Source: Candidatus Limenecus sp.
GTDB taxonomy: Bacteria; Cyanobacteriota; Vampirovibrionia; Gastranaerophilales; Gastranaerophilaceae
NCBI GenBank assembly: GCA_045531805.1
Contig: JAZSES010000224.1
Location: 1-55,761 of the forward strand
Length of the DNA stretch: 55,761 nt
Direction: 5' to 3'
The notes under the pieces were generated by a model, which made no database searches, had not been told where the DNA came from, and was given only the letters and a program-made list of their open reading frames with translations. Positions within the stretch are counted from its first letter, which is position 1, and each line of letters starts with the position of its first letter. Positions 16,299 to 25,072 of the stretch are shown here, in pieces. A program made the translations under genes and the position numbers.

Positions 16299-18450
16299 AG
16301 CTATAAATACTCCAGAGTCTGAAGCATTACCTCGTCCAAATATAAAGGACAGTAGAGTACTTACTTATTTGAATGCCGATAAGTCAAATAATTATGTTAA
16401 TACCGAAGAAGAGAATATGCTTGTAAACTTATGGAGACAAAAATTTCTTATAGCTGTAGCAGAATACGAAAAGTCACGTAGTAACCCTCAAAAAGTAAAG
16501 TTATGGCGTGATGCGTATGAAGGTATTATTTATAAGACTGACGAAAATGGTAATACTACGTCTGAGACTGTAAAACCATTAAGAAGATTAGCATATGAAC
16601 TAATTGAAGACAAAGTCAATCCAAGAATACCTGCTCCTAAAATGAGTCCAAGATATCATGCTGATTTAGTTCCAGTAAATGCAACTGAGCATTTAATTAA
16701 GCATGAGATGGACAAGATGCTTTCTGAAGAAACTCATAATGAGTCAGAACATTCGACTTTAATCGACTCTATGAGCTGGTTTAAAGTGAGCTGGAACCCA
16801 TTTGATAATACCCACGAACGTAGTGGAATGCCGATGGTTGAAGTATGTCCGATAGATACTGTATTTCCACAACCTGGTATTTACGACTATAAACGTTTAG
16901 AGTATATATTTGAAAGAAGCACAATAACCCAAGCACAGTGTAAAGATTTGTTTGGTAGAACAGTATTATCACCCGATAACAACGACTTAGTTGAGATAAT
17001 TACTGCTTATTATTTAAACGAAGATAGACATTTAGGAAGATTTATTTGGGTTGAAGCTACTGGCCAAGTTCTAGCTAACGAGTTAGAATGGGCTATGAGA
17101 AAACGTAGAGAATGCGCAAAGTGTAATAAAGTTGTACCGATAGCAGCTGAATGTCCAGTTTGCGGTTCAAAGAAAATGCATTATGTTTCAGTTAAAGAAG
17201 AAAGACTGACTGAAGATATGGTTATGGTAACTAATCCATACAGAGCTGGCGCTACGATGGACACAAAACAAGATGTTAATCAGTTAGACGAAGCTCAAAC
17301 TATTCCAGCTGGAACAGTTATTCCACATTATTTGATTAGACAGTTACCATTTGTACCAAGACGAAATACAAAATTAGCAAGAAGTTTATACGGTATTTCA
17401 GAAGTTGAGTTGATGCTAGAAAATCAAGAAGAAACAAACAGGTTCTTGAATAAAGCTAGTAGAAAATCAGCAGCTAGTAAGACATATATTACTAAAATGA
17501 GAGATACTGCTATAACTAATGAAAACGATGAGCTAAGTTATATTGACGTAGATGACCCTAAAGAAGTTTCAGCAATTCAGCCTAAACAAGTTATGTCTGA
17601 TATTAACGAAGAAATGGCTATGGCTGCTACGCTTTATGATTATGCTAAATCAACAAGTGGTATTACAAATACTGACCAAGGTAAAGCAGATGCTACCGCT
17701 AGATCAGGTAAAGCTAAACAAATTCAGTTAGCTGCTAGTGAACAAAGAAAACAAGCGCCAAGTACTATGAGAGATGCAGCATATGCTGGACTATATGAAT
17801 TGATATTCAAGTTTATGTTAGCATTTAGTGATGAAGAACGTTCATTTGTTAATATTCTACCAGATGGAACACAGAGAGAAGAGATTTGGTCTAAGTACAT
17901 GTTCTTGAATAGAGACGAAGACGGTAATTTCTATTATAGAGATGATTTCGCGTGGTCTGTTGACACAGCTAGTGATATCACACAAGATAGAATGGCTATG
18001 TGGCAATTGATTGACCAAGACTATTTGAATGGTACTATGGGTAATGAAATAGACCCAGTAAGAGCTATGAAGATGTATTGGCAAATGAAAGACCAATTTG
18101 GTTATCCAACTGCTAAATTTGCATTAGCGTTTATCAATGATAGTGTTAAACACTTACCAACTCAAATTGAACAAGTATTGGTTAATAATCCTGAAGCATT
18201 ACAACTTGCATTGTCATTTATACAAGATACTCAGAAGGCTGCTGTGGGCGGCGGAAGCGGAACAGCAGTTCCAGGTATGAGTGCTGGAGGAGCTAGACCA
18301 AATAGTGGTCCAGAAGGTAATGGTGCTACACATGCTGCAAATGTTCAAAAAACTAATAATAAGAATAGAGCAAATGCTGGTAATGCACAAACTTCTACGG
18401 CGTCTGCTAAAACAGGACCAATACAAGGTGGTACAGGAGGTGTGGTATAA
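16291..18450 (+). CDS. portal protein (with inserted CxxC...CxxC zinc-ribbon and Gly/Ala/Asn-rich C-terminal tail)
   Basis: 719 aa. Called from size and position right after the terminase. AAGGAGG RBS. Cysteines C275/C278/C288/C291. TAATG-coupled to the next gene. Confidence 0.7.
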   Translation: MSKAINTPESEALPRPNIKDSRVLTYLNADKSNNYVNTEEENMLVNLWRQKFLIAVAEYEKSRSNPQKVKLWRDAYEGIIYKTDENGNTTSETVKPLRRLAYELIEDKVNPRIPAPKMSPRYHADLVPVNATEHLIKHEMDKMLSEETHNESEHSTLIDSMSWFKVSWNPFDNTHERSGMPMVEVCPIDTVFPQPGIYDYKRLEYIFERSTITQAQCKDLFGRTVLSPDNNDLVEIITAYYLNEDRHLGRFIWVEATGQVLANELEWAMRKRRECAKCNKVVPIAAECPVCGSKKMHYVSVKEERLTEDMVMVTNPYRAGATMDTKQDVNQLDEAQTIPAGTVIPHYLIRQLPFVPRRNTKLARSLYGISEVELMLENQEETNRFLNKASRKSAASKTYITKMRDTAITNENDELSYIDVDDPKEVSAIQPKQVMSDINEEMAMAATLYDYAKSTSGITNTDQGKADATARSGKAKQIQLAASEQRKQAPSTMRDAAYAGLYELIFKFMLAFSDEERSFVNILPDGTQREEIWSKYMFLNRDEDGNFYYRDDFAWSVDTASDITQDRMAMWQLIDQDYLNGTMGNEIDPVRAMKMYWQMKDQFGYPTAKFALAFINDSVKHLPTQIEQVLVNNPEALQLALSFIQDTQKAAVGGGSGTAVPGMSAGGARPNSGPEGNGATHAANVQKTNNKNRANAGNAQTSTASAKTGPIQGGTGGVV

Positions 18451-19310
18451 TGCAAACTTATGAAAATGAAAGAGTTATACAGCAGGGCGAAGATTGGAAC
18501 CTTGATGTTAAATTATCACAATCAATTAGCGAGTATATTCCATATATTGTTAGCAAAGAAAGAGAGCATCCACATTTTGTATTAACCGTAGCATCTACTA
18601 AATTTGAGAAAAATCATAGATACGTAGAGTCTTGGTGGCAAGAGATACCTGATAGTCAACCTAGGTTTTATGAAACCGTACCATTCTATGTTGGAGAGTT
18701 TGCGAAAAATGCTGAACCAACTAAATTTAGTGATTTAGAAGCTAAAGCCGCAGAAGATGATGTAGATATTTCAGAAGATACAGCATATTATAGATTGTAT
18801 CAATATACTGTTACTGGCGACCCAGAGTTTAAATATTGTTATTTAACTGATAAAGATAAAGGTACCATTAAATTAGGCTACGAATTATATGTACGCTTTA
18901 ACATATTGAGTTATCTACCTGGATATAAAGGTATTAAAGGCGGTACAAGTCAATGGAATGCACAAGAGTATATGTATAGTATAACTTTAGTTAGCGGACA
19001 ATTGATGAGTGATACAATAGCTGAAGCAATTGATAATTATGGTACATTAAATTGGAGACTAGATTTACCCAAACGAAAAGACTATCCTAAAGATGATGCT
19101 GGATATGAACAGTTTAGAAAGGCAGTTGCCGAGATACTTAAAAATGACAATATTAAAGAAGATGTATTTAATTTTATTAAGTTACATATACCTGACTTCT
19201 TCCAAAAAGATATTGACTGGAATAGTAACTTAGGAAGAATATGGTCACCAATTCCAATTCTAAAACCAACTAAGTTGAAGGTTGATAGTAATTTAAGAGT
19301 ATTAATATAG
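18450..19310 (+). CDS. hypothetical virion-module protein (286 aa)
   Basis: ORF coupled to the portal stop, with AGGAGGTG RBS. Confidence 0.65.
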   Translation: MQTYENERVIQQGEDWNLDVKLSQSISEYIPYIVSKEREHPHFVLTVASTKFEKNHRYVESWWQEIPDSQPRFYETVPFYVGEFAKNAEPTKFSDLEAKAAEDDVDISEDTAYYRLYQYTVTGDPEFKYCYLTDKDKGTIKLGYELYVRFNILSYLPGYKGIKGGTSQWNAQEYMYSITLVSGQLMSDTIAEAIDNYGTLNWRLDLPKRKDYPKDDAGYEQFRKAVAEILKNDNIKEDVFNFIKLHIPDFFQKDIDWNSNLGRIWSPIPILKPTKLKVDSNLRVLI

Positions 19311-19320
19311 GAGGTACAAT

Positions 19321-22300
19321 ATGAATATATTTCAAAAAGCAATTACGCCAGATATGCCTAGAGTGCTAGAAGGCGAACAAATATATGTATATGTGCCTCA
19401 AGCAACTAGTACTAATGCTGGCATAGCCAGCTATACAAATAGCGACTTTAAAGTTAACGATGGTGTGGTATCATTAAGATGGCCAGTCGAGTCATTTGCG
19501 CAAGGACCTATTGAAACTCCAAGTATTGTAAAAGTACTCGATAATGAATTCGAGTATACTGGAAATCTAGTCGAACTAGTGAGCGATAATAGTAGATTAG
19601 CTTCAAATAAACTTGAAGTGCGATTAAAACGAGATTTGCGTGATGCGTATGAACAACCTGAACTAGTGTTATTAGACCCAAATTATTTTGCTAGAACGAT
19701 TGTTGAAAAAGACGGTAAAAGATATTATAAATATAATACTACAGCAATTCATTATAATATACCACAACATTTGAATAGCGAACAACAGGCTTTGGCTAGA
19801 GAGAATATAAGCGCGAGTAGTTTATCAGACCTAGCTTTTGTAAATTCGCGAATTGATAATTTATTACAAACCGGTGTATATACTGTAAACGGTAAAAGCG
19901 GTGATGTAATATTGAAGACTAGCGACATCGAAAATGATAGTGATTATGCTAGTAAAGATTTTGTAAACAGCTCCATAGCAACAAGTACTTCTACATTTAG
20001 AGGCACCTATGATAGTTTAGAAGCCCTGTTAGCGTATGACGGTGAGAAAGACGATAATGACTATGCTTTTGTAAACGAAGTAGATGATACTGGAAATTCA
20101 AGTTATAATCGATATAAATATGATGGACAAAATTGGGTATATGAATATAAACTAAATAATTCAAGTTTCACAGATGCGCAATGGTCTTCTATAAATAGTG
20201 GAGCTACAGAAGCATTAATAGCTCAAATACTAATTAATCAAACTGAGTTCAGTAATTACTTGCCTTTAACTGCTGGCAGCAAAAAGCATTTAACTGGTAC
20301 ACTATATGCAGACGGAGGTGTCGTAATACCAAACAATGTACCTTATAAGTCTGTTACAAGTGATAATAAAGAAATAACATTATTCAGATTGGCTGCATCG
20401 AATGCAATTATGATTGGCGACAGTTCTGGTAATTACGATATGGCTACATACTCGCTATTTAGACCAGTAACTGGTGCTACGAAAGCTGCATTAGGCTCGC
20501 CACAATATAAATGGAATTCGATACACGGCATCGAAATATATCAAAACGGCGAACAAGTTGCTAATAAAAGTGATTTAGACGATTATCTACCATTGACAGC
20601 TGGTTCTGAGAAACCATTGACAGGTCCGTTGCATCTTAAATCAAGTGCAGATTCTGTATGGTCGACAGATGCTGGTATCGTGTTTGACTCCGGTGCTACA
20701 ATAGGTTCATTAGATAGTGGTACATTAGGTCTTAAAGCGAAAGGTAGTTTCTATATAAGAATAGGCGATACAACCGAAATTAACGTTGATGCTAGTTCAC
20801 TTAGACCTTCTAGTAAAGGTGGCTCGTCTTTAGGTACTTCATCATATCAATGGCTAAATCTATATGCAACTAATCTATATCAAGACGGTAAGCCAGTAGC
20901 AAATCAAGAATACGTAGATCAGAAAGTTGCTGATTTGGTCGGTTCAGCACCAGAGACGTTGAACACGTTGGTTGAAATAGCAGCTGCGCTAAAAGACAAT
21001 GCTGATATTGTTACTGTATTAGAAGAAGCAATAGCTAGTAAAGCACCTATTTCTAGTGTTCCAACTGAATATATCAAAACAGCTGCGCTATCTGCTGATT
21101 TGAAAAAGTTAATATTAACTAAAGCTGATAATAGTACTGTTGAATTTAAAGGTGGAGACGTATATAAAGGTACTTGTGAAACCGGTAGTACTAGTACTAC
21201 AAAAGTAGTAACTTGTCCAGGATTTGTACTTGAAAAAGGCGCAATTATAGATATAACGTTCAAATATAGTAATGGCGGCGTAGTATCATTAAATGTCAAT
21301 AACACTGGTGCAAAAACAGCACAATATTATGAAATAGGTCTAACTTCAGATTACAATACGATCACTAGAGCTGGTGGAGCAGACAAATCTATCCCTTATG
21401 GTGGTTGGAGCGCGGGAGATACTGTAAGATTCTTTTACGATGGATCCGATTGGATTGAAATAATGAATTTAACACAAGGTATATCATATTCGATACCTTA
21501 TCAAGCAACAAATGCTTACAAATCGAGAACACAAGCTACTACTGATAATAGCACTAATATTGCTACAACAGCTTTCGTACATACTGCAATAGAAGCAGCA
21601 TTAGAAGCTGGTGCTGGTAATGAAGGTGTATATTTACCATTATCTGGTGGACAGATGACTGGTCAGTTATTGTTAGACTCATCAGGTCTGTTATTTCCAA
21701 ACATGTATAGATTAAGTGGTAATGGTATTGACCCAGTTAGTGAAACAGGCGTTTTCAAAATATACGAAGCAGACGGTATTGGAAGTACTTTAAGTTATAA
21801 TTATGGAACAGGTATATCTGAACATACTGGTGCGATTACATTTACGAGCAATGCTACATATTCAACAACGTCTCAACCAACTGCATTATCGTACGGTAGA
21901 TTACAAGCATACGGGACGTTAAATATTAATGCTAATACAGATAATTCTGGAACCGAATATGTTAATATAACAGCAGGACATGGATGTTCGTCATCTACTG
22001 CTGATGGTTTGAGTATAGGAACAGATACACTAACGTGGAAGGACCAACCTGTTATTCATAGTGGTAATATTAATAGTTATATGTTACCGGCATATAAACA
22101 AGATAGTATGAGCGGTAAATGTCTAAGATTGTGCCAATTGACATCGTCAGTAGGAAGTGGTTTTGCATATGCGGTATTTTTAGTATCGGGTATTGGTGAT
22201 TATGGTGGTAAGTTCGCTGGCTCATATCTAGTTACAATGGGTACTAGAGGAAGTGCTGAAAATAGTATGAAAATTACAGCATTGCAGACAGGCAGTAATA

Positions 22301-22542
22301 TAAGTGATACAAAATTTGGATATGCGACTGACCCAGATAATAGTAATTTAACATCTTATTATTGGATAGGCGATGATTATAATTTTTGGCCATCGAGAGT
22401 TATTTGTTTAGCATCTGGTGGTAATACTACCGTTAACGCAACACCTACTATTGTAACAAAGCCGTCTTCGTATACTGCGGTAGGTATAAACGGAGATATG
22501 GAATGTAACAATTTAAAAATAAACGGTACACTAACAATATAA
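19321..22542 (+). CDS. tail-fibre-like protein
   Basis: 1073 aa. Three copies of the fibre-type motif: YLPLTAGSKKHLTGTLY, YLPLTAGSEKPLTGPLH and YLPLSGGQMTGQLLL. Also LVGSAPETLNTLVEIAAALKDNADIV, which is typical of phage fibre shafts. Confidence 0.7.
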   Translation: MNIFQKAITPDMPRVLEGEQIYVYVPQATSTNAGIASYTNSDFKVNDGVVSLRWPVESFAQGPIETPSIVKVLDNEFEYTGNLVELVSDNSRLASNKLEVRLKRDLRDAYEQPELVLLDPNYFARTIVEKDGKRYYKYNTTAIHYNIPQHLNSEQQALARENISASSLSDLAFVNSRIDNLLQTGVYTVNGKSGDVILKTSDIENDSDYASKDFVNSSIATSTSTFRGTYDSLEALLAYDGEKDDNDYAFVNEVDDTGNSSYNRYKYDGQNWVYEYKLNNSSFTDAQWSSINSGATEALIAQILINQTEFSNYLPLTAGSKKHLTGTLYADGGVVIPNNVPYKSVTSDNKEITLFRLAASNAIMIGDSSGNYDMATYSLFRPVTGATKAALGSPQYKWNSIHGIEIYQNGEQVANKSDLDDYLPLTAGSEKPLTGPLHLKSSADSVWSTDAGIVFDSGATIGSLDSGTLGLKAKGSFYIRIGDTTEINVDASSLRPSSKGGSSLGTSSYQWLNLYATNLYQDGKPVANQEYVDQKVADLVGSAPETLNTLVEIAAALKDNADIVTVLEEAIASKAPISSVPTEYIKTAALSADLKKLILTKADNSTVEFKGGDVYKGTCETGSTSTTKVVTCPGFVLEKGAIIDITFKYSNGGVVSLNVNNTGAKTAQYYEIGLTSDYNTITRAGGADKSIPYGGWSAGDTVRFFYDGSDWIEIMNLTQGISYSIPYQATNAYKSRTQATTDNSTNIATTAFVHTAIEAALEAGAGNEGVYLPLSGGQMTGQLLLDSSGLLFPNMYRLSGNGIDPVSETGVFKIYEADGIGSTLSYNYGTGISEHTGAITFTSNATYSTTSQPTALSYGRLQAYGTLNINANTDNSGTEYVNITAGHGCSSSTADGLSIGTDTLTWKDQPVIHSGNINSYMLPAYKQDSMSGKCLRLCQLTSSVGSGFAYAVFLVSGIGDYGGKFAGSYLVTMGTRGSAENSMKITALQTGSNISDTKFGYATDPDNSNLTSYYWIGDDYNFWPSRVICLASGGNTTVNATPTIVTKPSSYTAVGINGDMECNNLKINGTLTI

Positions 22543-22553
22543 AGGAGGTCAAA

Positions 22554-23132
22554 ATGAGAGAAAACAATGTGAACGTGCAAGTGTATTCTTCTTGCAATTG
22601 TAGTTGTAATTTTTGTAATTTTACAGATAAATGCTACAATAAAATTGATCCGGACTTTGTATTAAACTATGTAAACGAACATCCGAATATTAACTTAATA
22701 TTACTAACAGGCGGGGAGCCTACGTTCGCTATCAACGAGTATGCTAAAATTGTGCAAAGCTTAGATATTACTGAAAAGAAAGTAGTTCTTCAAACAAATG
22801 GATGGTGGGGTGAAGCTGATGATATCAAGCAAGTTATCAAAGATAATCCACCAACTTGTGTGCATTTAAGCGTAGACTCAGAAAAGCAAAAAATTGTTCC
22901 ATTAGAAACAGCTATAAAAGCATATGACTTTTTAGTCAAAAATAATATTCAGGTATTTGTAGTAAATCATCACGAAGAAACAAATGAAGCTGAATTTGAA
23001 TATTATAAGAGCTTATTTCCTAATATAAAATACGGTCGAATAGTAAAAGATGAGGGCCAAGAAACTGATTGTGGTGTTGCACTTTTAGCAACAAATACTG
23101 TTGGTAGACTAGACATAAAAGGATGGAGGTGA
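22554..23132 (+). CDS. small radical-SAM enzyme
   Basis: 192 aa. CX3CX2C at residues 14-21 (CNCSCNFC) and the SAM-binding block LLTGGEPT. AGGAGG RBS. Confidence 0.75.
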   Translation: MRENNVNVQVYSSCNCSCNFCNFTDKCYNKIDPDFVLNYVNEHPNINLILLTGGEPTFAINEYAKIVQSLDITEKKVVLQTNGWWGEADDIKQVIKDNPPTCVHLSVDSEKQKIVPLETAIKAYDFLVKNNIQVFVVNHHEETNEAEFEYYKSLFPNIKYGRIVKDEGQETDCGVALLATNTVGRLDIKGWR

Positions 23133-23136
23133 TAGT

Positions 23137-24309
23137 ATGGCAAACGCAGGAGTAAGAGGCGGTGGCGGTGCAGGTGGTGGTGAGTCATCATCCGATAGTT
23201 TCACCGGAAGTTCATCGGGCGGTGCTGGAGTAGTTTATTATTTCAGAAGTAGCGTAAAACCGATCTCATACAACAATAAAATACGAATGAATGTTAATGG
23301 TACATTGTATATTCCCTGTTTTTTCGAAGGTCCAAATTCATATGGTAACTATAGCTATTATAGCAGAATTTATCTGAGCAGACCAAATGGAATAGTCACA
23401 CCAAATCACCAAACAAATCGTACATACAATCTAGGCTCAAATGCAAAAATATATCAAGCGAATAGCGGAACGTCTGGAACGTATACAGAGATTACAGATA
23501 TGACAGGATATCAAGGAGTATTAAGTCATGCGAGCAAAATCGCTGATAAAAACGGTACTAAATTGAATTTGTTATATTTTTCAGATAATACACCTTCTAC
23601 AAAATACGTTACTTCTAGTTGGGATTACGGCGAAATAACAAGTAGCACGACTAAAAGTTTACAATATTCGTGTGGAGTAAATGGTTATAATTACTGGTAT
23701 TTTGTACTACAAGCTGGCGGAGGTGGCGGAGGAGGTGCTGATAACTCGTGGGGGTTATTTAACTATGCTGCCGGAGGCGGTGGCGGTGGTGGCGGTGGAG
23801 CCGCAGGATTTATGGTAAGAGTGCCTTCTGGTGCGAGTTGGAATGCTGTGATAACTGTCGGAGGAGGTGGCGACGGTGGTTCTAGCGGTAATGGTTCTCG
23901 TCCAGCTGGTAGTGCCGGAGGAGATACTCGCGTACAAATAAAAAATGCTAGCGGTACAGTCGTCGTAGATTTTACTGTCGGAGGAGGCAAAGGCGGTGGA
24001 GGTGCTAACGGAGACTCTGCTGGAGGCGGTGGCGCTGGAGGACAATGTACTGCTTCTAGCAGTTTAAGTGATCCCGACTATCTATTTTGTTTTATAGTAG
24101 ACGGAGGCGCTGGAGGAAGCGTTGGTCAAGGCGGCGGTGTAACACATTCATCTTTTTGGAATAGTCATACGACACCTGCCATAAATCCGCATACTTTCAA
24201 TCCTCATAAAGTTGCGCAAATAGATAACGCCGGAGGCTATACTGGGTCTCAAAACGACCGCGGCGGTGGTGGAGGTTTATCTTATATGGGCAGCGGAGGA
24301 TATTATTAA
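23137..24309 (+). CDS. glycine-rich (poly-Gly tract) putative fibre/receptor-binding protein
   Basis: 390 aa. Contains runs of 7 and 9 consecutive Gly plus several GGGG blocks separated by short beta-like segments (FMVRVPSGASWNAVITVGGGG, TVVVDFTVGGGKGGGG). Its RBS GGAGGTG lies inside the 3' end of the radical-SAM gene. Confidence 0.65.
   Translation: MANAGVRGGGGAGGGESSSDSFTGSSSGGAGVVYYFRSSVKPISYNNKIRMNVNGTLYIPCFFEGPNSYGNYSYYSRIYLSRPNGIVTPNHQTNRTYNLGSNAKIYQANSGTSGTYTEITDMTGYQGVLSHASKIADKNGTKLNLLYFSDNTPSTKYVTSSWDYGEITSSTTKSLQYSCGVNGYNYWYFVLQAGGGGGGGADNSWGLFNYAAGGGGGGGGGAAGFMVRVPSGASWNAVITVGGGGDGGSSGNGSRPAGSAGGDTRVQIKNASGTVVVDFTVGGGKGGGGANGDSAGGGGAGGQCTASSSLSDPDYLFCFIVDGGAGGSVGQGGGVTHSSFWNSHTTPAINPHTFNPHKVAQIDNAGGYTGSQNDRGGGGGLSYMGSGGYY
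24024..24024. other. placeholder removed
   Basis: No feature here. This entry has zero confidence and should be ignored. Confidence 0.
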
Positions 24310-24331
24310 GTTAGTTAAAATATTAAAAATA

Positions 24332-24411
24332 TTTTTGACAATTTTTACCAAAATGTTACGTAAAGTAAAACCAAAAACATATAATATAATAAGAGATAGT
24401 AATCTATCTCT
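24332..24411 (+). promoter_or_regulatory. internal late promoter region: TTTTTGACAA box, CATATAATATAATAAGAG box and perfect hairpin
   Basis: TTGACA at 24335-24340, TATAAT at 24380-24385 and 24385-24390, and AGAGATAG-TAAT-CTATCTCT at 24392-24411. Confidence 0.45.
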
Positions 24412-24479
24412 ATGGATAGCGAAAATTTATACCCGGGACTAAATTGGAACTATCGGTAAAATATGGAGGGAAAGCAAAT

Positions 24480-24989
24480 ATGCCTGAATTTGCAAGTAAA
24501 GGAGTCGCAGGAAGCGGCTTAGGTCTAGGTATAGCTGGCACAGCACTTGGACTATTAAATAACGGCGCCGGCGGAGTATTAGGTTTGCTAGGCAACAATT
24601 GTGGATACAACTATGGAAATAGAGCAGTATCAACTTTTGAACTAACACAAGCTGAGAAAATCTCTGCACTAGAGAGCGCGGTAGCACTTAGAGATGCTAA
24701 TGTTTACGGTGACCAAAAACTATTAGAACTTTATAGATATGTTGATGGAGAGCTAAAAGACATTAGAAGAGAAATGTGTGACAACAAATTATCACAAGCG
24801 GTAATAAACGCTAAGTTCGAAAGCGGTATCGACGTATTAGGTACCCAAATCGCGTCAATAAACAATACACTTTGTAAGTTGACAAGAGTGGTAATACCAA
24901 ATTCTAGTATATGTCCGGGATGGGGTGATGTTACTGTAACTGTTACACCAACTACCACTCCAACAACCACACCAACGACAAACGGCTAA
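24480..24989 (+). CDS. hypothetical protein: Gly-rich hydrophobic N-terminus, coiled-coil, Thr-Pro repeat tail
   Basis: 169 aa from the ATG at 24480, which follows GGAGGG. N-terminus GVAGSGLGLGIAGTALGLLNNGAGGVLGLLG. C-terminus VTPTTTPTTTPTTNG. Confidence 0.6.
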   Translation: MPEFASKGVAGSGLGLGIAGTALGLLNNGAGGVLGLLGNNCGYNYGNRAVSTFELTQAEKISALESAVALRDANVYGDQKLLELYRYVDGELKDIRREMCDNKLSQAVINAKFESGIDVLGTQIASINNTLCKLTRVVIPNSSICPGWGDVTVTVTPTTTPTTTPTTNG

Positions 24990-25023
24990 CCTATCCACTA
25001 TAAAATTTAAAAAATAATGGAAA

Positions 25024-25061
25024 GTGGCTAGGATATAATGTCCTAGCCACTTTTATCTTTT
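25024..25061 (+). terminator. rho-independent terminator
   Basis: GTGGCTAGGA-TATAATG-TCCTAGCCAC forms a 10-bp perfect stem, followed by TTTTATCTTTT. Confidence 0.8.
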
Positions 25062-25072
25062 AAGGAGCAAAT

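Noticed and set aside
22554-23132. Interpreting the radical-SAM gene as QueE (7-deazaguanine DNA modification) or NrdG (anaerobic RNR activase).
   Set aside because: I recognised no queC/queD/folE/dpdA or nrdD partner in the window, and the gene lies in the morphogenesis operon. This is not excluded without a profile search, so it is kept as the null hypothesis in the finding.
23755-24045. Minus-strand ORFs 23755..24045 and 23763..23990, which are Pro/Ser/Thr-rich and include a poly-Pro run.
   Set aside because: They are the antisense shadow of the poly-Gly codons (GGN read as NCC) inside the well-supported plus-strand gene 23137..24309. They have no RBS and contradict the strand polarity of the arm.
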